From positions 4,402,001 to 4,466,000 of the forward strand of contig CM007991.1 of the NCBI GenBank assembly GCA_002189035.1: a DNA stretch of 64,000 nt, written 5' to 3'. Below are positions 1 through 12,845 of this stretch, piece by piece; position 1 is the first letter of the stretch, and each line of letters begins with the position of its first letter. The position numbers were made by a program, and so were the translations under genes. The DNA is from Utricularia gibba (Eukaryota > Plantae > Magnoliophyta). Under the pieces are notes generated by a model. The model saw only the letters and a list, made by a program, of their open reading frames with translations, did no database searches and was not told the origin of the DNA.

Positions 1-1033
1 TTGCCGTGAATGCCGTGCGGCTGCCATTTCAGGTACTCGGAGCTTCAGCAGCAATGGGAGGCAGTTGTTCTCCATCGGCACCGAGTAAAATTGCCCTCTC
101 CATATGTAGTTTGATGCTTGTTTTGCGTATTGTGATTGCTTCTAGGGAATCACTATTTTCTTCTATGGCCTCCAATGCCCTGGACTCGTTGATCCCCGTG
201 TTGCCGAAGCATCACGTCTGAACAAGGTAATGAATAGCAACCAAGTGGGAGGGTAGTGTGCCCCGCCGGATTCCTCCTGGTGGCAGGTTTATGATGTCCA
301 CCGGCGCGCCGTATAAGAAGGTCCAATCACCATGACCTTGCGATGGTTTATTGTTTAAATGATTTTTTGTTTTAGCACAAACACTCTATCCTTAGTAATC
401 GTCGCCATACAAGTCTTTGAATCGGTCCTCCGAGCCCTTCGCGATTTTGCCGATCTCTGCCACTTGATTATGGAGTTGTTGATTTGACGTTCCAACTCCA
501 ACGCCAATTCCCATTGCAATTCTATTTCTTCTCTGTTGCCATTGAGCATTTCCTCTTTGATAGCTGTCCTCCAAAATCAGCCACAGAATGTTGGGGCAGT
601 ATAATAAGTTACCACGGTTTTGTATAATCCGTGATGTGAACGCGGATGGGTGCTTTGTGGAGGGACGTCTACCTCTTTAGCCCGCTCCCACCGACGCTTC
701 ATGATTTCGTTCAGTTGGGTCAATTTTATTAGTTGGCAACAGGTGGGTGCCAATAGAGGATCAGTTGTCGATCCAGTGGGATGGTATAAATCTCCATTTA
801 CACTCGGATTCTGAGAGAAAGTTTTCACCTTTGTTGAATTGCAATCCCACTTTTTTTTTGTCTTGTTGGTTGTTTCTTCACAGCCAGATTCGGAGGCCCT
901 GTCAAGGTATTGAGGGGTGGGGGTCGATTGATTCCCATTTCCAGTGCTCGGGCTTTGATTATTTGCCTATGGATGCCTGATCACTGATGCTTTTGTTTGT
1001 GTTTCCAGCTTCTAATATCTCGCTCGTTAACCA

Positions 1034-4000
1034 ATGGTTCTTGGGTTAAAGTTGAAGCACAGGAAAGGTGCTAATGTTAAACTTGATTACATTGTCCATG
1101 TACAAGACATCAGGCCATGGCCCCCATCAGATTCCTTGAGATCAGTACAAAATGTTCTGTTGCAATGGGAAAACCGCGATAAAAATTCCGGGTCCTTTCT
1201 CTCCGCTGTTGATGATTACAGTATCGGGTTTAATGAGTCATTTGTGCTGCCTTTGTCTCTCAAGCGAGAGAAGAATGATAAATTCCTAAAGAATCATTTG
1301 GAATTTACTTTGTTCGAGTCTCGTAAGGATAAGGGTGAAGGACGACTCTTGGGAACATGTGTGATAAATCTCGTGGATCATGTCTCGTTGGACGAGATTG
1401 TGACCGTAAATGCTCCCATCAAGTTGAAGAAGAACTTTAATGGTTCACTGCAGCCTGCTTTGTCCATTACCCTAGAGCCTGTTAGAGATTGCCGTGACCC
1501 TTCAACCAGCGCTACCTTGTCAAGACAAGCATCTTTGGACAAGGAGGATACTGAGTTTGCCTCCTTTACAGATGAAGATGCATCTTCCCATTCCTCACGA
1601 AGGTCGCCGACGGTCGATTACGCATTGAGTTCATCTCCTCTCACCGAGAAGGTATGCTTTTTTATTATGTAATGACATGATGCTAGTACATTTCGAAGAA
1701 CCATTGCCTACATGTTTTTTTTCTCAAGTTGATTTCCCTCCCCTATGAATGAATACCTTTGTGGTGTAATAATTTGCAGTTGGAATGCAGAATGTTCATG
1801 GGAATACCAGAACGGGTCCATTTGATGGACTAAACAGGAAAATGATGTCTCCAGTTGCTGATACATCGGAAGGTACTGGGAAGGAGGGAACAAAGAGCCA
1901 TATTTCGCCATCTAATCTATCTGAAAGAAGCATGCGCTTTGTCCAGAGGAACTCTGTTGGTTCCTCACTCGGATCTTCTTACGCATCAATGAGCTCTCGG
2001 GATGCTGATGGGAAGTTTAACAGCCTTAAAGCTAGTTCTATGCGGAAAAGTGTTGCTCATAATGTGATAGCTAACAAACATAAATATCATGAAGATACTG
2101 GACAAACTGCAGAAGAAAATGCATTAAAAGGACATGAAACAGTTGTTGTTGAAGATAATGGCAATGACTTCAACTCAAACGCTTTGCCTGATTTGCGAAG
2201 GGGGGCTTGGATAAGAAAACAGAAAATAAAGATATTGGATCAGGGAATACTTCTTTCTCCCTGAAGAAACAACCTTTATTTAGTGGCAACGAAAGAACTC
2301 CATTGATGGATGCAACTTCTGCCCATATGGATGAGTCATTCAGAAATCCAGCCAATGTTCACAGTGGAATTACAACAATAGGCATAGGCATGCCGTATAG
2401 TTCACAAACGAAGGTCAGTGAAAGGAAAGAACCAAGCCCTGGTACTTCGGATCGCAGCATTAATGAGTGGAAGGCAAGGGCTGAGATGCTGGAGGAAGAG
2501 TTGAGAGAAGCTGCTGCCATTGAGTTGGCATTGTATTCTACAATTTCAGAGCATTCCAGTTCCGGAAATAAGGTTCATTCTCCTGCTAGAAGGCTATCTA
2601 GATTTTACAACAGCTTTCATGGCAAAGAGTCTCGAGCTAAACGAGCAAGTGCGGCGAGAGCTGCAGCATCTGGTTTAATACTTGTCTCCAGAGCCTGTGG
2701 AAATGATGTTTCCAGGTATGCATGTATACAGTGGCATATTCACTGCAAGACTCATTTAATTTATCTGTGAATGTAAAACCTCAGGTACCAGTAGTTAAGC
2801 TTTTGACGTGCATTGCAAGTTTCTTTCATCTTAAATGAATGTTTTTTGCAGGTTAACCTTCTGGTTATCAAATACAATTATGCTGAGGGCCCTCATAAGC
2901 CAAAATGCAGCACAAGTTCCTCATTCTACTGAAGAGGGAAAGAAATCTAAATCTCTTGAGGAATCTGATGACTGGGAGGACACCTTGACCTTCATTATTG
3001 CACTTGAAAATGTTGAATCTTGGCTGTTTTCTCGTGTAGTGGAGTCCATATGGTGGCAGGTTTCTTGCGCAATCGTTCAGCACTGACAAGTTTATTTATG
3101 TGCTGTTGGAATTCCGGATTCTATTAACGTTGTATGTTTATTTTTTTCCTACAGACGTTCACCCCACGTATGCAACCTACAGTTGTAAAGATGAGCACCA
3201 TATCCACGGACACTGGAGGAAGGAATGCACGTGGAAGAAGACATAGTTCAGGTTGTTGTGATCTAGGAAGTTTCTCAATTGAGTTGTGGAAAAAAGCCTT
3301 CAAAGATTCATGTGAAAGGCTTTGTCCTATTCGGGCAAGTGGACATGAATGCGGATGTTTGACCACCTTAGTTGTGCTGGTAATTGCCAATATCATACTT
3401 TTTAAAGGTGCACGTAGTTGAAAAATAACTGAGTACCACAAGGATGTACCCCCCTTTCAGGTAATGGAGCAACTAGTTAACAGGCTCGATGTAGCTATGT
3501 TCAATGCTATTCTCCGTGAATCAGATGAAGAGATGCCGACTGATCCTGTTTCTGATCCTATAAGTGATTCCCATGTCCTTCCAATTCCAAATGGGAAATC
3601 AAGCTTCACTGCTGGTGCGCAGTTGAAAAATGTCGTAAGCATCAATTTACACCTGATCATTTTGGATATATGCATTGGCATTTCTTTAAGAGCTGTCATC
3701 ATATTTATATTCAATTACCGCTGCTGCATTGTAGATAGGGAACTGGTCTAGATGGCTCTCTGATTTGTTTGGTTTGGAAGACAGACCATCAGAGGATGGT
3801 TTAGCAAATGGGGCTGGTGTCGAGTCAAACTCGTTCAAGGCATTTCGTCTCCTCCATGCACTGAGTGATCTCATGATGCTCCCGTTTGATATGCTTGCAG
3901 ATGCCTCTACCCGGAAAGAGGTGAGTTTCCCTGAACATTGTTTAATTACACCCCACAGTCTTCAGCACTTCCATATCCCTGTTTCCTATTTTTGTGCCCT

Positions 4001-4581
4001 TGCAAGGTATGCCCACTTCTAGGTCCTGCAGTAATAAAACGAGTTCTGAAGAATTTTGTCCCTGACGAGTTCTTCCCCAAACCCATTCCAAGACACGTCA
4101 TTGCTGCACTTGACTCAGAGGTATACTTTCTAACAACACTTATGAAAATGCAACTTCACAACAGAAACATCAAATCTTGAAGACTTTCTCTATTGAACGC
4201 TTAGCAAAGGATGATATGCCATTTCTGCTGATTATGCAACTTCCCCTTTATTCAGGAAGCTCCGGAGTCCATTGGGAGAAGCAAAATCACAAGCATCCCA
4301 TGCTCTGCAAGTCCCACAGTCTACACACCCCCGCAGCAGCTCTGATGACCTGCGTTGGTGAAGTTGGTAGCCAGGTGCTGAAGACAAGCAGGATTTCAAG
4401 CCTCAAGAAATCCCACAACAGCGACGATGAACTCGATGAGCTCGATTCGCCGTTAACTTCCATCATTCCAGACAGTTGCTGCAGCACTTCTAGCTTGGCA
4501 AAACTCAGCTTGATGCCTCAGGAGAAACACGGCAGAGACGTTCTTCGGTATACGCTGCTTCGACAGGTGTGGAAAGATTGA
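1034..4581 (+). CDS. NT-C2 (EEIG1/EHBP1 N-terminal C2) domain protein, 8 exons, ~925 aa if two single-base frameshifts are corrected
   Basis: Exons 1034-1651, 1791-2715, 2852-3059, 3155-3379, 3461-3634, 3735-3920, 4007-4120, 4256-4581, all GT-AG. N-terminus DYIVHVQDIRPWPPSDSLRS..LLQWEN and C-terminal motifs LTFWLSN, ESIWWQ, IGNWSRWLSDLFG match the recalled plant NT-C2 family (At3g01810/At5g43230 type). Frame breaks at G6 2200-2205 and C5 4328-4332. Confidence 0.85.
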
Positions 4582-5389
4582 ACTCATAATGGCTGCTCGT
4601 GTAATTGGATGCCGATCGTCCCATCAGTTGACAAAAATACCTTACCCTTTTTATATCAACAGCCAGAGTTCAGCTGGGACAAGTTTCAATTCAATGGTTT
4701 TATGAATCAGGCTTCTATGTTTATTTCGATTAGATAATCGAAACCTTAAGAATTATGAATTGGAATTGGAATCAAATCACATGGTTTCAGTTCAAAATAA
4801 TTTATAAAAATAAAGTTTTATTTATTAATAGTCGTCAATTATTGTGAAGCAATATATTGATTACAAATTTAATTCATAAATTACCAAAAAAATATAAATA
4901 ATAATATTAAAAAACATTTATTTTCATTACTCTTCATCTTCATCATTATTGAAATTTGATAATAAAATTTTAATAGTAATTTTGTAAGTTCATCATCAAA
5001 GTAATATATAAATTAGTATTCACATGTAATTGATTAATTTGAATTTTCTTTAAAAGAACAAAAATAAATATAATGGAAAACAAAAGAGATGAATTTAAAA
5101 TAATAAAAAATCGTGACCTTACATCAAACTTTCACTAATGCATAATTGTCTTGTGTTTCCACAAACATATAGAATTAACTTGGTTACACAATTTTTGAAG
5201 ACGTTATCTAAAATAATGTTATTTGGTAACTGTTAAAATATTATTTATTGTTTAATATGATTATTGAATCAATTACCTCATTAGAGTCTATTGATAAAAA
5301 CATTTATAAAGCGTTTTCCCCACTTATTTAGTGGGATTTACCACTACTTTATCATAGATATATGTATTTTGTAAGTACTGATACCCTAA

Positions 5390-5623
5390 GGCCGTGTTTG
5401 GTAGCTATATCGGTATGTATTATCTCAGTATAAATTTATTCATGATACTAGGATAAATTTACGGAAGAGTGTTATATGGGATAAATCAATACTTGTAGTA
5501 AGGTAAATAAATGTATCGGAAAAAAGTATACCAGTTACCAAACACGTATTATGTATCCCAATACCATGTATATCTCTGCTTATACTTGCTTATACTTGCT
5601 TATACCAGCTACCAAACATAGCC
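5390..5623. mobile_element. Tourist-like (PIF/Harbinger) MITE
   Basis: TIRs GGCCGTGTTTGGTAGCT / AGCTACCAAACATAGCC, TAA on both flanks (5387-5389, 5624-5626), 234 bp, non-coding. Confidence 0.85.
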
Positions 5624-5641
5624 TAACTTTTTTGTAAGTAT

Positions 5642-7095
5642 TGATAAACGGAAATTTCCTAGTGTCGTTACAAAAATAGAAAATTCGTTAACAAATAAAT
5701 TTATAGTCCCTAATCCTCACAAAATACAAATTAAACTGAAAATGCGTAGTGGAATTCGGGGTCGATCTCAAGGAGCTTGTGCTTGCTAAGTGTTTTAGTG
5801 ATTGCATAATTCGGGCTAACAGTAAGTCTTATTCTAAGCTCGGACCAACAGTGGTGAACAAGTTCGGTAAACAATATCGAGTTTTAACGCTAAGGTAACA
5901 GGTACTGGTTGTAACTAATAATAATACTAATGTGCCTTAAGGTTCTACAGGTGGTATGGTGCAAAATTCTTAATTTAATCTACAATGTTCCTACACTCAC
6001 AACTTCAAATAACCTAAGTCTACCCAGGTCATTCATCATATTTTCGGCTAAGTTAGTCCTCCATATAATCACCAACATTGCAATTAGGTCTACCTGCATG
6101 CAAAGCATATAGAACTAGGTCTACCCGGTTCTACTGGTTCTACCCCGAACTAACACCTACTGCTCCCATCTTGATTTGTTGGTCTATCTCTAAATCAAGC
6201 ATCTAAGTTGTGAAGCTACCTATTCCCCTTCTTAAGTTTATCCATGGTTTGATAGAAACAAGAGCTAAGAAACAATGTTCAGTTTTACTAAGACTCCTAG
6301 ACCCACACCACCATGCTTCACCTTAAGGCACTCCTATGATTTAGCTACTCATGCTTTGAAGATAAAACGTGATGGCATTAACATAAAACAACGAAAATGT
6401 TGGGAACATAGTGCAGAAGCTGGTTGCAGAAGCTAAAAACATAAACAAACGAAAATAAGCCAGTAAAGTTTCTGGATTCCGTCTGCCACTGTTCCTAGAC
6501 CGGAACAGCAGCGTTGAACTAGGTCTTGATCTTGTTCCTTCAAACTGGAGTTTCTTCTCCAGAAAAATCCCTTTTCTTCCTCCTTCTCCTTTTGTGTTCT
6601 TCGTGTTCGAGTTGGGTTGAGGGAGAAACCCCTCGTGTGTGTTCTCTCAAAATTCTGAGTTGAATTTCCTTTTTGCGACTCTCTCTCCTCATCTTTTCTC
6701 TCGCCTCCCACCGCCCAAGGCAAGTACATTTTTTTACAGATATGCTGCCATTTTTTTTGACAGTGTACTCATTGCCCCCCTGCACCCTAGTGACTTGCAC
6801 GAAATACAGATTTTTCCTTGATTCTTGGGTTGCTGCTAGACTTCAAAATCGGGTTAGAGATGGGGTGGGCTAAATCAAAGGATTTAGCCCACTAATTACA
6901 CTAAAAATCACATTTTCCTAAACCACATAAAAACACTTAAAAATATAAAATAAACTCTTAAACATAATTAAAAATTTATAATTTTGCATATCCTAAAACA
7001 TGAAAATTTGTGTATTATCACATTATACTATAACGACACCAGACTTGTCCCCAAGTCCTACCTAAGACTAAAACATGAAAATTTGTGTGTTATCA
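5642..7095. mobile_element. Solo LTR, family A (probably Ty3/gypsy Athila-like)
   Basis: TGATAAAC...GTGTTATCA termini, 5-bp TSD AGTAT (5637-5641 / 7096-7100), homologous to 29655-31071 and 57337-59622. Confidence 0.85.
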
Positions 7096-8168
7096 AGTAT
7101 ATTTCTTATAATAATGTTTACAACTAAATCTTTTGGGATTAGACAAAATAAAAGAACTTGAATATCAACATAATTATTGTTATTATTTTTACTTTTATAT
7201 GAGATAAGGGATATAAAGATTTTTAAGAACTTTCTAACCGGTTCCGCCACAATGGAGCTTCTTCAAACTGTAAGTTGGTTCTGCCACCTCTATATTCAAA
7301 ACCATACACCTTCCATTGATCCACTTATGCAAATTTTTTTTTTCTATTGCAGAAAGACTGCTACCACTTCACTTACTAGAATTAGAAACTTCTTAGTTAT
7401 GGAATGAATCCAAGATCTTGAAAAATTGAAAGCCTTCCCAAATGGTTAAATCGTGTTTTATTTCCCAAAAATGAGGGAATAGTGTAATCTACTTCAGAAG
7501 TGTGAAAATAAAATGTTTAAAATTACACCTTTATCATTTTAAAAAATAAGAAGTAAAATATTAAAAGAAAATGTAAGAAGAGATATTATCACTCATTATA
7601 GTAATCCAAATTCAAAGAGCACCTTCAAATTGAAATTATAACCGAAATTCGAAGTAGAAATTTTGTGGAAAATAAAAAGTATATGAAATATGAATATAGA
7701 TAATAAATATAATTAGAAAAAAAACTTAAAATATGAGATTGAGAGGAATTTATTATAAATTTATTAATTATTCTTTCATGTGTATATATATATATATTAG
7801 AATAGAGTATATAAATCATTTGATCAAGTAAGCTAGATTTATAATCAATTCTTGATACCCATTAGATATTATTGTTATAAATTTACATTTATCAATATAT
7901 GCATAATGTTATACTTTTCAGATATGGTGATCAAATTAACAAACCAATTATGATTCATTACCAAGTCAGAGAAAAAAGGAAATATAGCTGAAAAATTGAA
8001 GTAGCTTCTAATAAGGGTTATTCCATTTCTCCATTGGAATGCATCCGATCTTCAATGTTGAGTAAAACATGTTCCATGTATTCCTTGAGTTTACCCAATC
8101 GTCTTGACATGTGAGTTAAGGCTCCATATCACATTCTATGGTGTGCGACCCCCCACATCAGGGGGTCT

Positions 8169-8370
8169 TGTTATGAAATAGTTTCTTTTTGTGTATGGTA
8201 TTTATCAATTGTAAAGTTACATAATTGCCCTTCGATATCCTTGTAAATTGTACAATGTGCAGAGTTTGAGGTTGAGAGATTTACATGATAGAAAGGAAAT
8301 TCCTTGCATCTGTGTAGTGTAGGGTTGTTTGACCTCTCTAATCTCTTCAATTGTTTATGGTGCAATGAGC
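8169..8370 (+). repeat. Copia 5' LTR (~8169-8357) plus degenerate PBS (TGGTGCAATGAGC, cf. TGGTATCAGAGC)
   Basis: First ~50 bp match 23136-23185; PBS-like motif at 8358-8370 precedes gag. The LTR 3' end is approximate. Confidence 0.6.
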
Positions 8371-8479
8371 ATGGACGTTCACCATGGAATCCTATTTGGA
8401 AACTTCAGGGCAATCACATTCGTGAGCAAATTTTTTGGATCTTACAAAGTTATTAAATCTCCTTCAACATCCAAGGATG

Positions 8480-11400
8480 GACACTTCATATCCACTGTTT
8501 GTTCCTGGGTAAGATAACCTAGGGCTAGGGTTGGTCACCCCATCCTTGACTACCAAGATTTTCTTATCTTAGCACAAGATAAAAGAATAGGTTTTGTTAA
8601 TGGAACTCTAATGCAATCACTTGTTTCGGATTCAACTTGAGCGATGTGGAATTGAGTTGACATTATTGTCAGGTGTTGGCTCATTAAATCTATTTCACAA
8701 GACTTGACAAGTAATTTTAATTCTACAAGATTTGCAAAAGAATTGTGGGATACCGTTGAGAAATAGCTGGGATAGATGAATTTGGCTGCTATTTTTCATG
8801 TTCAACATGAACTCTATCACATTTCACAAGGCCAGATGAGCGTCAGTGAGTATTAGTCTAAGATGCAAAATTTATGGACTCATCTAGATGGTTTAATGCC
8901 TTCAAATGATTGTGTGATGTGCAAACAAACCAAGGTGACTAAGACGATGAAACTTGTGTAGTTTCTAAATGGTCTTAATGACTCCTTTTCAACTAAGGTC
9001 AATCAGATCATCACTATGAAATCAGAACCAGACCTAGATCAGGCTTATGCTATAATCATAATAGTAGAAGGATAATTGAAACTGACTACAGTGAATCAGG
9101 TTCATGAAAATGCCTTCTTGGCCCATTATCAGTTTGGAAATAAAGCTATCAATCAGTCTTGTTCCTCAGCTCATGCTTCCTTTGTGGCTGGGTCTATAAA
9201 GGATCCAAAAGGCAGGTTTTGCAACTATTGAAAACGAGAAGGTCATCTACGGGAAACCTGTTACAAAATGAATGGTTATCTAGATAAAAACAAGAGGAAA
9301 AAGCTGGTTAGCCAAGGGTAGAGTGCTAATTTGACTGAAGCACAAAATTCAGCACCACTTCCTGATTTCCCAAGCGCAAATCTGATTGGTAGCCCAAACA
9401 GTCCCTGGAAAATTATTCAACAGAAACTACTCAAATTGGTGAAACCACAATCAAAGACTGGAGCGAATGAACTAGCACATCATGTCTTCAAGGATTTTGC
9501 AGGTACTAATGCTAAGTTAAATAATGCATTAACATTGCTGTTAGGTAGGCACTGGATCATAGATATTGAAACCACTTTTCATTTATGTGTAGATGAAACA
9601 ATGTTTTACACCTTAGACATCCTTCCCGAACCTAGTAATATTTTACTGCTAGATGTTTCTACTTGCTTAGCTACTCATATAGGTTCTATTTTCCTCACAA
9701 AAACCATCACAGTACATGATGTTCTTTATACTCCCAGTTTTTGACATAACCCTCCTCTCAGTCTCTGAATTAGCTGCTATTATATCCTTCTTGTTAACTG
9801 GTACTTGCTCAATTTTGCAGGACTAGGCTTCTAAGACTGTCTTGGGGTGGGAGTTTTGCACAATGGTCTTTATACTCTAGAATAAAGATCCTTAGTGCCT
9901 AGAATTTTTAAGTTGTATGCCCTTGTTTTGATGAACAAGTTATCTATTCAGCAGTGGTTTTTTTGTTCAATTCTGTTGATGTGTTCTTGAACACTATAGC
10001 CTTGTACTCTAGTCAAGTTAATGCAACAGATTCTCATTTGTTGTGGAACAATAGATTGGGTCATGTTTCCCATACAACTGCTAAACACATACCACTTGAT
10101 TGTCTACTCATAACCACCCTTGTGATGTTTGTGCGTCCTCCAAATTTACTAGGCTTCCATTTCCTACTTCAGAATATCGTGCACCCCATCCATTGTGACA
10201 CTTGGGGCCCATATGAGACACCAACATTCACTGGTCATTCATGTTTTCTATCCATTCTTGATGATTTTTCTTGAACCACTTAGGCCTTTCTTATCTGTAG
10301 CAAACATAATCTTCATGGCCTATTGTTTGCATTTGTTGTTTGGATAGAGAAACAATTGGGGCACATTGTTAAATATATTCGAACTAATAATGATGCTAAG
10401 TTTAAAAATCATGCCGTGAAAAGCCATGTTGATTTGCTTGGTATTGTTCAACAATTTTCCTGTCCTTACACCCCACAACAAAATGGAAGAGTAAAAAACC
10501 AGATTATTTCAGTCTACATTGCCTAAAATGTTTTGGGATGAAGCTTTACTCACTGCCACTTTTATCATAAATCGAATGCCATTTGCCCTTTTGGATTGGA
10601 AGAGTCCTCTTGAGTTGCTTTTTGGGAAAAAACCAGATTACTCTTATTTGCGGGTTTTCGACTGCTTGTGTTATGCGAGTAACCTTTCTCCTCATTGAGA
10701 TAAGTTTGACTCTAGAGCTTAGAAATGCATCTTTATTGGTTACCCCTCTACTAACAAGGGATTCAAACTTTATGATTTAGATACTAATGAAGTGTTTGTT
10801 AGTAGAGATTTAAAATTTTTTGAAAATTGTTTTCCTTACAATTCTGCTTCCAGAATCCCTATTGACCCTTCTATTCTACCTCTTACTTCTACACCTGAAT
10901 CTCATGATAGTTCGATGCCTTTTTTTACTTCAACTGAACATGTTCCCATCACTTATCATGTGGAACTTTCCCAGCCTTCACATTCTGATAACCATGACTC
11001 TTCCACTGATGTCATTCTCCCGCATGTTGATAACTCCACTGAATCATCATCCTCAATTGTACCACCTCGACGAGCAATCGTCCTCATCACTCTTCAACTT
11101 GGCATAATGATTATGCATTTATTGCTACTTCTAACCTCTTTCAACCTGCCATACATTCTGCCTTCTCTCCGACTTTCCCAAACCAGCCACCTTTGTGTGT
11201 TTTGTTAGCCATAAATGATGAGGTAATGGCTCCACCATTATGTTTCATGAACCCCATACCTATCAGCAAAGTGCACAATGCAAGGAATGGTTGAAACCGA
11301 TGCAGGATGAATTACTGGTAATGGAGAAAAACCAAATATGGGAGATTGTTGAGCTGCCACCTAGAGCAAAGCCCATAGTGTCTAAATGGATTTACAAAAA

Positions 11401-11488
11401 CAAACTTAAGGCTGATGGATTTCTCGAACGCCGAAAGGCTAGGTTGGTGGCCCAAGGCTATACAGAAGTTGAAGGTATGGACTACTTA
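8480..11488 (+). pseudogene. Copia gag-protease-integrase-RT (N-terminal part), many stops and frameshifts
   Basis: KRIGFVNG (gag), WIIDIETTFHLC (protease), LWNNRLGH (GAG-pre-integrase), IHCDTWGPY and CPYTPQQNG (integrase), KWIYKNKLKADG..RRKARLVAQGY (RT). Confidence 0.9.
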
Positions 11489-11859
11489 GGAAGTGTTTAG
11501 TTGATAGTAATATGGTGGGATCGGTTTATATTAATGAGGATTAAATAAAATAGGATGAAATGGGTTATAATTTTGTATTGTGTTTGGTTAGTTAGTACGA
11601 GATTATGTTATATTGTGTTCAATTGTTGATATTAAAATATATGAGGTTAAAAAAAAAAAATTTATTGAAATACATTAAAAAAATAATTTATTGAAATTTT
11701 GTATAATTTAGGTCCTTTTTTACTCTCAAAATACATTCACTCTCTAACAACAAGTAGTCACTCACTTCTTCCATTGACGTCATTATGGCTATTGCGAAGG
11801 AGGTTACTACCATGGTTTGAACAAAATTTTGTGTAGTTGATATTTTGTTTTAAGAGAGA

Positions 11860-12794
11860 TGAATCGAAAAAAAAACAAAATGCAATTGGCCACCAGATGA
11901 AGAATACACCTTGATCGTTGGGTTACAAACACTAGTGACTAGTGGATGGAGGAGCTAAAATGGCTTTAAACTAGGGATTCATAGAGCTCTAGAGAATTTT
12001 CTCAAAGAACGGCTACTAGGAAGTTTGCTAAAGGCTACACCACATATCAAATCAAAACTTAAAACTTGGAAACAAAAGTATTACAAGTTAGTGGTAATAT
12101 TATCTTGTTCTGGAATGGGAATTAATCCCACAACGAAGATGATTGATGCCACTGATTATTTCTAGGCAGAATTGCAGCATGTTCATTTCATGGATTGTTT
12201 TTACAAAATAGCAAGTTCATTGTTTTTCCAAAGTTAGCATTTGTTACTCTATGCAGCAATCTTCACAAATATATAAAGCTGTTAGATATAAACAATTTCC
12301 ATTTTATGATGAATGGTTGGAGATTTTGGAAAGGATCGAGCTACTAGAGATAGAGTGATTCCAATTAAGGAAGATCCTAGTGATGGTGCTGAATGTGGGC
12401 GAACAGTCCAAGAAGGAGAACCTTATGAATTCTCATAATCACAAGTGCCTCCACTTTAAGTGAGTGTATTGCATTTTTTGATGATCAATCTCCATGCAAT
12501 AGTGAAATGAGATCAAAGAAGGTTGGCAAGCATAAAAGAATGATGATGTATGATGATCCAGAATTCATGATTGAGCTTCGTGAGATTTCAAGAGAAACCA
12601 ATGCTACTTTGATGGAGTTAGAGGTCAAAATAGCAATGGATACTAATTGTCAAGAGCAGGCTACTATAGACATCAAGAAAATGTCTATTAGTATGACTCC
12701 TACTAAGTTTATGATTGTGTTTGATGTGGTTGTCAATAATCCAGGTAAGATGCAAGCTTTCCTTGCTATGGATGCTACTGAAAGGCTTCAGTGA
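11860..12794 (+). pseudogene. Harbinger Myb/SANT-like DNA-binding protein (ORF1), disrupted
   Basis: WPPDEEYTLIVGLQTLVTSGW..NGFKLG..ATPHIKSKLKTWKQKYY matches the recalled Myb_DNA-bind_3 pattern; in-frame stops present. Confidence 0.75.
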
Positions 12795-12845
12795 GTATCA
12801 AGCCTTCTTTATCATTGATTTAGAATTGAAGTTGTTGTGTATTGG

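Noticed and set aside
1-830. Short minus-strand ORFs (355-549, 392-574, 577-828) as a gene or LINE fragment
   Set aside because: No recognisable motif and stops in all frames; cannot be assigned without a search.
5368-5647. Similar TTTTGTAAGTA(C/T)TGATA on both sides of the Tourist MITE as a long TSD
   Set aside because: The MITE has its own TAA TSD, and the right copy overlaps the LTR TSD and TG terminus; probably low-complexity coincidence.
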